Below, piece by piece: positions 1 to 9,888 of a stretch of DNA of 55,631 bases. The DNA is from Thermoplasmatota archaeon (GTDB taxonomy: Archaea; Thermoplasmatota; E2; DHVEG-1). The position numbers and the translations under genes are program-made. Within the stretch, counting starts at the first letter, position 1, and each line of letters begins with the position of its first letter. The notes beneath the pieces were generated by a model, which was not told where the DNA came from, searched no databases, and saw nothing but the letters and a program-made list of their open reading frames with translations. Where the stretch lies: NCBI GenBank assembly GCA_029762575.1, contig JARVGL010000002.1:1-55631 (forward strand). Direction: 5' to 3'.

Positions 1-1135
1 GAATATCTGGCAGGGATATCAACTGGGTGGTGCCAAGTTGGCCTTTTCCTGATATCTTAAGGGTGATGAACCCTGCGTTCTCTATCTCTTTAAGATAATG
101 CCAGAACATGGTATGAGCTCGAGGTTTCTCATTGTTTTCTTCACAGACCATTGAATAAGTCTTCTCTGCGTCCCCTGTGAGAACATAGGCGGTGCCATCG
201 ATGTGTAATCGTTTTGCTATTGCATCGAGGGTGAGAAGATGATGGCGTTCTAGATTACGTAGTTTTGTCTCTGTGACCACGGAATAGGTATCTGCCTTTG
301 CCGCTCGTACATATTCAGGGATCACCTCAGTGGTATGGTCCCTATCAGCAGCGACACCTGCTTTTGCTAAAAGCTCTATAGCAAATCGTGCATCGCCCCA
401 TTCCTCTGCAATATCTGCGATAAGATCGATGCTATCGAGCTGCACGGTATGTTGATGAAACGCTAGCTGCACCCGTTGACTTACGATATCATAGAGTTCA
501 TCTCGACTATATTTATCAAGTTTGATGACGTTGCTTCGTTTAAACGTGCTCAACGCAGAGATATCCAGCAATGATAGAACATCCCTTTGTGATATCAACA
601 GAAGAGAGATGGGTATCTTCTCCTGAGATGTTTCATCAGAGAACCGTGTGAGATCATAGATAAGATCAGACCCGCTCTTTTTCAACAATGCATCGGCTTC
701 ATCAAGGACGACGAATAATTGGGCTTCCCGTCGTTTCAATTGTTTTCGTAATACTTCAAGCATCTCCTGAACTGAAAACCCTCTATCGGGAAATCGTGGG
801 TCGAAATGATTCAAGATACCTAACAATACCATTGCATCTGTTGAACGTTTCCGACAGTTGATATGAACATATTCGATCATGACCCCTTTTTTCCGAGCCA
901 CCCGTACAAAATCATCACAGAATTTCTTAGCCATCACTGTTTTTCCAGTCCCCACTGGTCCTTTTATCACCGCATGCTGAGCGATACGAGAAAGCAGTGG
1001 TTTATAGAAATGGGTGAGCATACTGAGTTGATCGTTACGGTGGAGGATTTCTACGGGGACATAATCAAAGTCAAGTGCACCCATATCTTTTATTACAGTG
1101 GAAGAATTCAATTCATCCTCAATGATTGTTCCCAT
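1..1135 (-). CDS. cdc6: Orc1/Cdc6 replication initiator (AAA+ plus winged helix); C-terminal end cut by window edge
   Basis: Absent from the ORF track because there is no stop inside the window. My minus-strand translation from the ATG (complement of 1133-1135) reads MGTIIEDELN...VIKGPVGTGKTVMAKKF (Walker A)...QLFVVLDEADALL (Walker B)...GKGQLGTTQLISLPDI and stays open to position 1. Confidence 0.85.
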   Translation of the reverse strand, partial: MGTIIEDELNSSTVIKDMGALDFDYVPVEILHRNDQLSMLTHFYKPLLSRIAQHAVIKGPVGTGKTVMAKKFCDDFVRVARKKGVMIEYVHINCRKRSTDAMVLLGILNHFDPRFPDRGFSVQEMLEVLRKQLKRREAQLFVVLDEADALLKKSGSDLIYDLTRFSDETSQEKIPISLLLISQRDVLSLLDISALSTFKRSNVIKLDKYSRDELYDIVSQRVQLAFHQHTVQLDSIDLIADIAEEWGDARFAIELLAKAGVAADRDHTTEVIPEYVRAAKADTYSVVTETKLRNLERHHLLTLDAIAKRLHIDGTAYVLTGDAEKTYSMVCEENNEKPRAHTMFWHYLKEIENAGFITLKISGKGQLGTTQLISLPDI

Positions 1136-1243
1136 AAAGAGCATGTAATGCTCTCAGGTCATAAAACTTTATCTGAATGGAATAGTTACCATGAAGGGGG
1201 GGATAAATATTAATAGCGTTTTTATTCATATGACTGTCTCAGC

Positions 1244-2437
1244 ATGGATGTTGATCTCGTTCAAAGACAAACGGTATGGTTCCTTCAAGACACGTTCCGT
1301 CGTTATTATCAAACAAGGCCAATTGATCTCCCCGATCGATTCAGCCGTAGGGAATATGCATTTGTTTTTTTTGGTGGTAAAGGGATGCTACGGCATCTAT
1401 CTTTTCCAAAAAGACAACCATTTCATGATTTCGTCATGGATAGAGCACCGGCACATGCATATTATTCCACTGCATATTATCAACAACCAGATGCACCAAC
1501 GATGCAGGAGAAAGGATGGATGGGTGCTGAGCTAATTTTCGATCTAGATGCTGACCACTTACCCAACGCAGAAACCATACCATATGAACAACAGTTACTC
1601 CTTGTTAAAAAAGAGTTCTACAAATTAGTGGATGATTTTTTGATCAAGGACTTTGGTTTCGAAGAACAGAATCTTGAACTCTATTTCAGTGGTGGGAGAG
1701 GATATCATTGTCATGTGAAAGACCCTCGTGTATTCCAACTTGATAGTGGGGAACGTCGAGAGATAGTTGATTATATTACTGGGAGGGATCTACGGGATAC
1801 ACTTGTTTTTCAGGATCAGACAACACAACGGAAGCAATATGGTTCACGAAGTTTTGCAGGTGGTAAGACCCTTCGGATGCCTTCGCCAACGGAACCAGGG
1901 TGGAAGGGGCGGATCAGTAGAGGTCTTATTGAGATCGTTGAGGAGATAACTACAAGTAAAGACCCTTTAGGAAAGCTGAGGGACTATGGGGTGGAAGAAC
2001 AAGCTGCAGAACGACTGCTTCATGATCTTTCTGAGGAGCGGATACAACGTATCAAGCAAGGGCAACTTGATCAATCAAAGACGATACGGAAATTCTTTTT
2101 AAATAACGCGTTACGGAAAACCGCTGTATCATTTGCATCGGGGGAGACCGATGAACCGGTGACCTGTGATGTGAAACGATTGATCCGATTACCCGGTTCA
2201 CTTCATGGTAAGACGGGGTTGCTTGTGACAAAGGTGACCCTTGATACCTTACATGATTTCGATCCGCTCTCTGAAGCGGTGGTGTTCTCTGATGAACTTG
2301 TACCAGTTGAGATCAATAAAGAGATAAGCATCCGATTGAAAAAAGAGACATTTAATCTAAGTGTTGGTATCCATAAGATCCCGTTGTATGTTGCGGTGTT
2401 CTGTATTGGGCAGCGAAAAGGTGTTATCAGTGGGTAG
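1244..2437 (+). CDS. priS: DNA primase small catalytic subunit PriS
   Basis: 397 aa. Catalytic motifs AELIFDLDADHL and LYFSGGRGYHCHV, plus later RLPGSLHGKTG. Divergent from orc1 across a 108-nt spacer. Confidence 0.85.
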   Translation: MDVDLVQRQTVWFLQDTFRRYYQTRPIDLPDRFSRREYAFVFFGGKGMLRHLSFPKRQPFHDFVMDRAPAHAYYSTAYYQQPDAPTMQEKGWMGAELIFDLDADHLPNAETIPYEQQLLLVKKEFYKLVDDFLIKDFGFEEQNLELYFSGGRGYHCHVKDPRVFQLDSGERREIVDYITGRDLRDTLVFQDQTTQRKQYGSRSFAGGKTLRMPSPTEPGWKGRISRGLIEIVEEITTSKDPLGKLRDYGVEEQAAERLLHDLSEERIQRIKQGQLDQSKTIRKFFLNNALRKTAVSFASGETDEPVTCDVKRLIRLPGSLHGKTGLLVTKVTLDTLHDFDPLSEAVVFSDELVPVEINKEISIRLKKETFNLSVGIHKIPLYVAVFCIGQRKGVISG

Positions 2438-2813
2438 AGTCATACGATGATGCACTAGTTTCATTTATAAATGGTGAATATTCAGGTTTTTTAAACGCTT
2501 TTAGGTATCAAGAATAAAATATCAAGTCAAATCATGATGTTTTGGGACGGAAGAGTAAAAAGAATCGGAGAAAGAATCTAGGTTTTACAAATCGATAACT
2601 GTTCTTATGTAGAAACATAATTATGGGGGATGATTACTGATATACGTATAAGGTTTGAATGTTGTATGATCCTGATAGGTACACGCTCAGTATATGATTT
2701 GCCATCTATTATATGGATATGCCATGATAAAACCCATATGACTTTTATCAGTACTTCGTAGTCATGAACAAATTATTTATGCGAGACCAAGGTATTCTTC
2801 TGCGGAGTATTCT

Positions 2814-3479
2814 ATGGATGATGATGAATTTGATTACAAGATGCTTCGAAAGATCCAAGAATCTGAGAAGCAGTCACCTATGACTACAAAGATTCCAAAG
2901 ACATTCTACGAAGATGTATCAGTGTTTCTTAAAGGACTTCAAGATCAATTTGAAAAGGAGACAAAACAAAAGCGTAAGATGATTATCGCTGATGAGATAC
3001 AGAATATCGAAAAGATCGTCATCAATATCTATGAGCAACGTGAGAAAAAGATAATCATTGCAGCAACATCCCGTGTCCGTGGGGGAAACCCCTCGGTTAA
3101 AAATCTTCTTGACGATGAACTAACTCTTTTTGACACCTTACAGGAAGTGTTAAAGAATGCGCGGGATTCCTTGCTGTCTAAAGAAAAAGAAGTGGTCTAT
3201 TCCCAAAGATCCGATGAAAGCCCCCTCCAGAAAACACACCAAGAAAACACTGGTCCAAATCAAGAACATAAGGTGATACAACAGAAGGCTATCTCAGTAG
3301 ACAACGATCATATCTTTGTCACGATTATTAAGGATATGCCAACGTTTGTTGGAACTGATGCAAAACAATATACTATAAAGAAAGGTGACGTGCTTAGTGT
3401 CCCGCCTCAAATGGCAAGCATGCTTAAAAAAAGACGTATCGCAGAAGAGATTACCATACCACCATCAAGTGACTCGTGA
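2814..3479 (+). CDS. GINS subunit, Gins51/Gins15-like
   Basis: 221 aa. Helical N-domain (YKMLRKIQESEKQSP..IPKTFYEDV..IYEQREKKII) and a small C-terminal beta domain (FVTIIKDMPTFVGTDAKQYTIKKGDVLSVPPQMASMLKKRRIAEEI), joined by a polar linker. Lies next to priS, as in many archaea. Recognised by pattern only. Confidence 0.6.
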   Translation: MDDDEFDYKMLRKIQESEKQSPMTTKIPKTFYEDVSVFLKGLQDQFEKETKQKRKMIIADEIQNIEKIVINIYEQREKKIIIAATSRVRGGNPSVKNLLDDELTLFDTLQEVLKNARDSLLSKEKEVVYSQRSDESPLQKTHQENTGPNQEHKVIQQKAISVDNDHIFVTIIKDMPTFVGTDAKQYTIKKGDVLSVPPQMASMLKKRRIAEEITIPPSSDS

Positions 3480-3585
3480 TATCTTTTCATATTATGGCTA
3501 CAGTTCTACCCAAATACTTTTTAATAAATGGGGGTTTTACGGTGTTGGATTCTAAGAATCTAGAAATAGGTTTGGGGTACTATCA

Positions 3586-4908
3586 ATGGACGCGTTAGGT
3601 AGACATATCATCGTTGAGTTTTATGAATGCTCCGCTGAGAAGATAAATGATGTTCATCATATAGAGAAAAGTATGATCCGTGCTGCAGAACTTGCTGGTG
3701 CAACCATCATCAATAGCACCTTTCATCATTTCTCCCCGTTTGGAGTATCTGGGGTCATTGTTATAGAGGAAAGTCATCTTGCTATCCATACATGGCCGGA
3801 ATATCGATTTGCAAGTCTTGATCTCTTCACCTGTGGGGATTCAATAGACCCGTGGGTCTCATTTGATTATCTTGAAAAAGAGTTTGGGGCCGTACACTCA
3901 TCAAGTATCGAACTTCAACGTGGTCAGCCGCATCTCCTTGAACATATAGCGTTAGATGCTCCCGCAGTACGAGATACAGCAAGTACACCCAAAAGACCCG
4001 TGAAATATAATAGGAACATCTGGTTCACGGAACGAGATAACAACATAGCGCTTTCTCTAAGGCATAAAGGAGATCCTTTATTTAAGAAGCAATCGAAATA
4101 TCAACGGGTTGAGATCATTGACACTATCGCGTATGGGAAAGCATTGATTCTTGATGGTATGGTCATGACGACAGAGAAAGATGAATTCGTCTATCATGAG
4201 ATGATTGCCCATGTTCCCTTGCTTTCGCATCATCGCCCTGAACGAGTATTGATCATAGGCGGAGGCGATGGTGGAGGTGCTCGAGAGGTCTTGAAACATG
4301 AAACAGTCAAACAAGTTGATCTGGTGGAGATCGATGAGATGGTGATAGATGCATGTAAAAGATATCTGCCGAAGCTAGCTACCTCTTTGTCACATCCAAA
4401 TCTATCGTTATATGTGGAAGACGGCATTGAATATATGAAGAAATGTCCCGACAACACATATGATGTGATCCTCATAGATTCAACGGATCCCGTTGGTCCT
4501 GCAGAGGGATTGTTCACGAGCGAATTTTATAAGAATGTTCATCGTTGTTTAAAGGAAGAAGGTATCATGGTTGCCCAGAGCGAATCCCCTCATTTCAATA
4601 CGAACGTCTTTTGTGAGATCTACCATTGCTATGGGGATATCTTTGGGTATGAGAATGTTCATCCCTATCTTGTATATATCCCAACCTATCCATCGGGGAT
4701 GTGGAGTTTTTCATTGTGTTCAAAGAACTTGTTTCATCCCATTAAAGATCTGGATATGGATAGGACAAAGCATTTTGCATCACAGAACCATCTACGATAC
4801 TATAATCCTGAGATACATACTGCGGCTTTTATGCTTCCAACGTTTGTCAAAAATCTTCTATATAAAAAGAACGATTTCCTTTTGAAACAGCACGCCCCTT
4901 CGCAGTGA
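3586..4908 (+). CDS. Fusion of pyruvoyl S-adenosylmethionine decarboxylase (SpeD/SpeH) and spermidine synthase (SpeE)
   Basis: The first ~120 aa carry VIVIEESHLAIHTWPEY, with the self-cleavage Glu-Ser at codons 62-63 (3769-3774). The last ~290 aa carry VLIIGGGDGGGAREVLKH and ILIDSTDPVGPAEGLF. One uninterrupted 440-aa ORF with a GGGGT SD-like motif upstream. Confidence 0.85.
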   Translation: MDALGRHIIVEFYECSAEKINDVHHIEKSMIRAAELAGATIINSTFHHFSPFGVSGVIVIEESHLAIHTWPEYRFASLDLFTCGDSIDPWVSFDYLEKEFGAVHSSSIELQRGQPHLLEHIALDAPAVRDTASTPKRPVKYNRNIWFTERDNNIALSLRHKGDPLFKKQSKYQRVEIIDTIAYGKALILDGMVMTTEKDEFVYHEMIAHVPLLSHHRPERVLIIGGGDGGGAREVLKHETVKQVDLVEIDEMVIDACKRYLPKLATSLSHPNLSLYVEDGIEYMKKCPDNTYDVILIDSTDPVGPAEGLFTSEFYKNVHRCLKEEGIMVAQSESPHFNTNVFCEIYHCYGDIFGYENVHPYLVYIPTYPSGMWSFSLCSKNLFHPIKDLDMDRTKHFASQNHLRYYNPEIHTAAFMLPTFVKNLLYKKNDFLLKQHAPSQ

Positions 4909-5042
4909 TTATGTAATGATACTATGGCCCTTGCTTCGTTTTCTTTAAGATTGCTCATTTTTCCTTCATATGTTTAATTACATTTTTATATGACCTCCTT
5001 ATTACCTTTCAAAATCAAATAAGTGATAAAAAGGGTTCACAT

Positions 5043-5318
5043 ATGAAAGTACCAAGGAAGATCAAGGCTTATTGCAGACATTGTAAGAAACATACAGAGC
5101 ATGAGGTTCACCGGATCAAGAAGGCAAAGGCTAGTGAGCTGAAACAAGGACAACGTCGATTCAGACGGGTTATGCGTGGTTACAGAGGTTTTCCTAGGCC
5201 TAAACCCGAAGGAAGGGAGAAAGCTAGTCGAAGGGTCCCCTTGAAACTTACCTGTATACTCTGCAAAAGAAGCCATCAACCCCCCAGTCAACGAGCAAAA
5301 AAGTTTTCCATAGAGTAG
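5043..5318 (+). CDS. rpl44e: 50S ribosomal protein L44e (eL42)
   Basis: 91 aa, very basic. Zinc-ribbon cysteines CRHC...CILC. Starts MKVPRKIKAYCRHCKKHTEH. Confidence 0.9.
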   Translation: MKVPRKIKAYCRHCKKHTEHEVHRIKKAKASELKQGQRRFRRVMRGYRGFPRPKPEGREKASRRVPLKLTCILCKRSHQPPSQRAKKFSIE

Positions 5319-5328
5319 GCGAAAGGAT

Positions 5329-5505
5329 ATGAAAAAACCGGATAGTAAATTTATTAAAGTACGATGTAAGGATTGCGAGAACGAGCAAGTCCTTTTTAAC
5401 AAACCGACCATGGTTGTTTCTTGTCATATCTGTGGGAGTAAACTTGCGGTCCCTCGTGGTGGTAAAGCAGATATAAAAGGTGAACTGCTTCACGTTATTG
5501 AGTAA
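5329..5505 (+). CDS. rps27e: 30S ribosomal protein S27e
   Basis: Not in the track (58 aa). My translation is MKKPDSKFIKVRCKDCENEQVLFNKPTMVVSCHICGSKLAVPRGGKADIKGELLHVIE, with the CxxC...CxxC zinc ribbon. Canonical position after rpl44e. Confidence 0.85.
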   Translation: MKKPDSKFIKVRCKDCENEQVLFNKPTMVVSCHICGSKLAVPRGGKADIKGELLHVIE

Positions 5506-5523
5506 CATAGTTAGGTTACCGTT

Positions 5524-6312
5524 ATGTTAAAGAAAGAATACCCTGAGGAAGGAGAATTCGTTGTTGGTACTGTTATCAAGGTACAAAACTATGGCGCTTT
5601 TGTTTCTTTAGACGAATTTCCAGATAAAGAAGGATTTATTCATATCGCAGAGATTGCAAGTGGTTGGGTTAAACGGATACGAAACCATATCAAAGAGAAA
5701 CAAAAGGTTGTCTGTAAAGTGATGCATGTCGATATGTCCAAAGGACATGTTGATTTATCATTGAAACGAGTAAATGATCATCAAAAACGGGATAAGATAA
5801 AAGAATGGAAGAACAATCAAAAAGCGTTTCGACTTATGGAGATGCTTGCTGAAGCACTTAATAAATCATTTGAAGAATGTTATGATGAGTTTGGCAAGAC
5901 CCTTATTGAACGATATGGTTCATTATATGATGCTTTTGAGGATACTGCATATGATCCAGATAGTCTAGAGAACGAAGGATTTCAAGGGGACTGGGTTGAA
6001 TCATTTAAACAAATAGCGCAGGATAATATCGCTATACAATTCGTCGATATCAAAGGATACCTTGATGTTAGATCATGGAAACCAGATGGTATTATCTATA
6101 TCCGTGATGCACTTGCTAAAGCAGAAGAAAGCGAATTTGAGGATGTGACCATTGAGGTCCATTATCTTGGTGCCCCTCATTTCAGTGTAACTGTCACAGC
6201 TCCAGACTATAAGATCGCTGAGGAAGAGATGAAAAAAGCAGTGGCTCGAGCCGAAGAAGAAATCATTAAACATGGTGGAGAGCTGACGTTTCATCGAAAA
6301 ATAGATGAGTAA
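5524..6312 (+). CDS. eif2a: Translation initiation factor aIF2 alpha subunit
   Basis: 262 aa. N-terminal S1 fold (GEFVVGTVIKVQNYGAFVSLDEF), then helical and alpha-beta domains. Conserved rpl44e-rps27e-eif2a-nop10 order. Confidence 0.85.
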   Translation: MLKKEYPEEGEFVVGTVIKVQNYGAFVSLDEFPDKEGFIHIAEIASGWVKRIRNHIKEKQKVVCKVMHVDMSKGHVDLSLKRVNDHQKRDKIKEWKNNQKAFRLMEMLAEALNKSFEECYDEFGKTLIERYGSLYDAFEDTAYDPDSLENEGFQGDWVESFKQIAQDNIAIQFVDIKGYLDVRSWKPDGIIYIRDALAKAEESEFEDVTIEVHYLGAPHFSVTVTAPDYKIAEEEMKKAVARAEEEIIKHGGELTFHRKIDE

Positions 6313-6319
6313 TGATGGT

Positions 6320-6484
6320 ATGACATTACTACAGTATTGTACCACATGTAACGAATATACATTGTATGCTATCTGCCCTCGATGTCAGGGGAAAACAATT
6401 CGGAGACATCCCCCGCGTTTTTCACCACAGGACAACTATGGGAAGTATCGGCGGATGTTAAAAAAGGAACAGAAAAGGGAATGA
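6320..6484 (+). CDS. nop10: H/ACA RNP protein Nop10
   Basis: Not in the track (54 aa). My translation is MTLLQYCTTCNEYTLYAICPRCQGKTIRRHPPRFSPQDNYGKYRRMLKKEQKRE, with the zinc ribbon and PPRFSP motif. Confidence 0.75.
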   Translation: MTLLQYCTTCNEYTLYAICPRCQGKTIRRHPPRFSPQDNYGKYRRMLKKEQKRE

Positions 6485-6490
6485 TTACAT

Positions 6491-7255
6491 ATGGATCTTA
6501 TCACCATTGAATATATTGGAAAGCAGCCAAAATTGAATAATCCGATGTTCATCGAAGGACTTCCAGGTATTGGAAATGTTGGAAAACTTGCCGTTGAACA
6601 TCTCATTGATAGCATTAAAGCAAAGAAATTTGCAGAGATATATTGTAAGGATTTTCCCCCACAGGTGTTCATAAATCCTGATGGTACCATTGAGCTTGTA
6701 AAAAATGAGTTCTATTACTGGAAGGCCAAGAAAAAGGAACAAAGGGATATCGTTCTTCTCACTGGTGATTATCAAGGATTATCCTCTCAAGGGCAATATG
6801 AACTAGTAGATACTATTCTAACAATCATTGAAAAACTTGGTGTCAAAGAACTCTATACCCTTGGCGGGTATGGTCTAGGTCATGATATCACTCGACCTCA
6901 GGTGCTATGTGCAACAACAGATAAACAACTTGTTGCTCCTATGAAGAAACATGGTGCGGTATTTAAGAGAAATGAGCCAGGGGGCGGTATCGTTGGTGCA
7001 AGCGGTCTTATTCTTGGACTTGGAAAATTGCGTGGGTTCCAAGGTGCCTGTTTCATGGGAGAAACCCCGGGGTATCTAGTGGATCCAAAAAGTGCAAAAG
7101 CTGTGTTAAAAGTGTTGATGAGCCTTACAAAGATAGATATCGATCTAACTGCTTTAGAGAAAAAAGCAAAAGAGATAGAACAGATAGCTCAACAACTTAG
7201 AGAGATGGAGACAACGTCAAAGGAACGACCTGAGGATCTAAAATATATTGGATGA
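6491..7255 (+). CDS. PAC2-family proteasome assembly chaperone (PbaA/PbaB-like)
   Basis: 254 aa. The FIEGLPGIGNVGKLAVEHL motif near the N-terminus is typical of COG1938/PAC2 proteins. Usual position after nop10. Confidence 0.6.
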   Translation: MDLITIEYIGKQPKLNNPMFIEGLPGIGNVGKLAVEHLIDSIKAKKFAEIYCKDFPPQVFINPDGTIELVKNEFYYWKAKKKEQRDIVLLTGDYQGLSSQGQYELVDTILTIIEKLGVKELYTLGGYGLGHDITRPQVLCATTDKQLVAPMKKHGAVFKRNEPGGGIVGASGLILGLGKLRGFQGACFMGETPGYLVDPKSAKAVLKVLMSLTKIDIDLTALEKKAKEIEQIAQQLREMETTSKERPEDLKYIG

Positions 7256-7274
7256 GGATGAAATTTTCTTTTTT

Positions 7275-8105
7275 TTATCCCATACTGATACCATAGGTCT
7301 TCTCAGGGATATCCTGATGGATGATGAAAAGTTGTTCCTCTGTCAAACAATTGTTTTGTAAAAGCTCAAAGGTTCGTTTCGGAACCGTTTTTGGACTAAG
7401 GACTGCTCCTGGTCGACGGGGGTCATCAATGTAATCGGTCTCCATCATGAATCGTGTTCCTTTTACTGCGGATTCCATAATATTCTTTTTACTTGCTAGA
7501 ACTGAAGGGATAAGACCATGGTTCTCTGTGAGATAGATCAAGGGTGGAGAATAATGTTTCACGATCTTTTCTGCAGGTAATCCTACCGTTTTTCCCATTT
7601 GAACGAGTTCGTTACATTGCTTGCTTGTTGTTGTCTCTGTATGCAATACCACGGGTGCATTGACCTCAGAAGCTTTTTGCATACCGTATTTGAGGATCTC
7701 ATTGGAATCTTTTATTATCAACGGGTCAACAGGGAAATGAGGGCGACCTATCTCTCCTATAGCGATACATTTTTGTTCTTCACAGAGTTTGGCTGCAATA
7801 TCCATCCCTTGTTTCATAAGTTCCATTGCTTGTGTTCTTCCAAATACCTCAGAGAGCCGTAGATAATCAACTGGATAGGGTCCTACGGTTGTATAGACTG
7901 TTACGTCAAGTGTATTTCTGATCTCGTCAGCCATCAGAAGTGTTTCATTATAAACTGGAGCATAGCTTTTATGCTCAATCACTTTTTGTACCATTGGGTA
8001 TTGACAGAGGACGAAATGGGTGCCTCCTGCGTTGATGAATTCTTTGACTGCCTCAAGGTATCTACCGTCTCGTCTCAGATGCATATGATTATCAAAGATG
8101 ACCAA
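7275..8105 (-). CDS. TatD-related metal-dependent hydrolase (amidohydrolase TIM barrel)
   Basis: 276 aa. N-terminal IFDNHMHL (HxH metal site), then VVLHTE and METDY motifs. Confidence 0.6.
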   Translation of the reverse strand: MVIFDNHMHLRRDGRYLEAVKEFINAGGTHFVLCQYPMVQKVIEHKSYAPVYNETLLMADEIRNTLDVTVYTTVGPYPVDYLRLSEVFGRTQAMELMKQGMDIAAKLCEEQKCIAIGEIGRPHFPVDPLIIKDSNEILKYGMQKASEVNAPVVLHTETTTSKQCNELVQMGKTVGLPAEKIVKHYSPPLIYLTENHGLIPSVLASKKNIMESAVKGTRFMMETDYIDDPRRPGAVLSPKTVPKRTFELLQNNCLTEEQLFIIHQDIPEKTYGISMG

Positions 8106-8183
8106 TTTATCACCAAGGTTATCGTCGTATGGTTTAGTGAAAAACAGTTGTAATTAAAAACCTTTCTTTGGATAATAGTATTG

Positions 8184-8543
8184 TCAGAATCGATATTTGT
8201 TCTTTTTTGTGAAATAATATGAGAACGTTCTATCCTCTTTTGGTTGTTTCCCTGTGATCATCTCAATGATGCCTTGTGCAAGGATCCAACCGAAATACCC
8301 CATGAAAAAGGTGAAGAAACCTGTGATACTATATCCTAGTATGATCTGTAGATAGTTTTGTCCGCCTGTGATAAAAAGTATTGCGATACCAACGATGATG
8401 AAGAGGAATATGATAAGAAAGATCCATCGTAGGGCGTAGATAGTAACTTTCATTGTTTTAAACGGTATCTCTTCAAGTGGTATTCTGCTGTCGATGAATC
8501 GAGTCAATGCTTTTTTTGATTTATGCGTATACTTTCCTGGCAC
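8184..8543 (-). CDS. Small membrane protein, unknown function
   Basis: 119 aa with two or three hydrophobic helices (IFLIIFLFIIVGIAILFI, ITGFFTFFMGYFGWILA). GTG start with GGAGGAG six nt upstream. Confidence 0.4.
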   Translation of the reverse strand: MPGKYTHKSKKALTRFIDSRIPLEEIPFKTMKVTIYALRWIFLIIFLFIIVGIAILFITGGQNYLQIILGYSITGFFTFFMGYFGWILAQGIIEMITGKQPKEDRTFSYYFTKKNKYRF

Positions 8544-8673
8544 CTTTGTCTCCTCCTAAAAATATTTAGTTGTTTGTGCGAGTGATCCCAACTAGCTATA
8601 ATGGGAAAAACGTTATAAAAAGCTATTTCGCAGTTGCATGTGCAGGTATTTTTATAATAAACGCTATAAATAA

Positions 8674-9882
8674 TTATGCGTTGGAAACAATGCTAATGAC
8701 ATCTCCATCTTTAAGTTCGTAATCTGCACCGATAACCCTTTTTGAACGAGCATCGATTGCTCTGATGAAATGATCGCCGATATCTGTATGGATCTTATAA
8801 GCAAGGTCTTTAGCTGTACTTCCACGGGGAACTAAAAAAGCGTCAGGGAGGATCCTACCATCCTTGTCTGTGAGATGATGGTCATCTTCCACTGGATAGA
8901 CGACGATGAGATCAAGCATTGAAACTGTTTCTTCGATACACTTCTGTATCCCGGTGGATCCAAATTTTTCTAGGATATGGGTTTTGATGAACTGTAAACC
9001 TTGTTTCTGTTTATCAGTAAGCTCTTTATCCGGGTTTAAGGAAAACGTGCTATTACCTCGAACATAGTCAATGAATCCATTATCTGCAGCATGGGTTAAT
9101 GCTAGTTCTGCTTCAGCGCTGGAGGGAACTACTGTATATCCTTGTTGCTCAATGACTTCTTTCTTTTTTACTAATTCTTCTGAACTTATATCAATTTTGT
9201 TATATGCTATGATCATGGGTTTACTAGTATGTCGAATATGATCAGAGAGACTGAGGACCTCGTCATCTGTCCATTGTGATGGTTTGCTTGTAGTTAATCC
9301 ACCCTTTCGAAGTGCATCAGAGATATGTTCCTCGCGGATTCCAAGCCCGGTGAGCTGCTCTGAGAGGAGTCGTTCGATCTTTTTTCCTTCAAGTTCACAT
9401 TTCCTTGCAATAGCATCTAAGCTCTTTTTTATAATGCCATGCATCCAATACATGATCTCCTTTTCCAGAAATGAGACATCATTAAGTGGATCGTAGCTAC
9501 CTGGACTAACAGGGTTTCCCTCTGCATCGGTACTGCCTGATGCATCGACGATATGGATCAATGCGTGGGCTTGACGGAGATCATCAAGGAATTTGTTCCC
9601 TAATCCTTTGCCTTTGAACGCATCTGGGACCAAACCTGCAACGTCAAGTGCCTCGATAGGGACATAACGGGTACCATTCACACATTTTGAGTTCTTCGGG
9701 GTACAGGTGACCTTGAAATCCTTACAAGGACACGGTTTCCGAATGAACATGACCCCATGATTTGCTTCGATCGTTGTGAACGGATAATTCGCAATTTCTG
9801 CATGGGCATCAGTAGCTGCATTAAAAAAAGTGGATTTCCCTACATTTGGTTTTCCAACAATTCCTATCAACATTGCACACAT
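8674..9882 (-). CDS. Obg/YchF-family GTPase with C-terminal TGS-like domain
   Basis: 402 aa. G1 GKPNVGKST, G3 DVAGLV, G4 NKID, C-terminal YELKDGDVISIV. A GGGGGT motif lies 8 nt upstream of the ATG and overlaps the stop of the upstream gene. An alternative ATG is at 9873. Confidence 0.7.
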   Translation of the reverse strand: MCAMLIGIVGKPNVGKSTFFNAATDAHAEIANYPFTTIEANHGVMFIRKPCPCKDFKVTCTPKNSKCVNGTRYVPIEALDVAGLVPDAFKGKGLGNKFLDDLRQAHALIHIVDASGSTDAEGNPVSPGSYDPLNDVSFLEKEIMYWMHGIIKKSLDAIARKCELEGKKIERLLSEQLTGLGIREEHISDALRKGGLTTSKPSQWTDDEVLSLSDHIRHTSKPMIIAYNKIDISSEELVKKKEVIEQQGYTVVPSSAEAELALTHAADNGFIDYVRGNSTFSLNPDKELTDKQKQGLQFIKTHILEKFGSTGIQKCIEETVSMLDLIVVYPVEDDHHLTDKDGRILPDAFLVPRGSTAKDLAYKIHTDIGDHFIRAIDARSKRVIGADYELKDGDVISIVSNA

Positions 9883-9888
9883 AGATGG

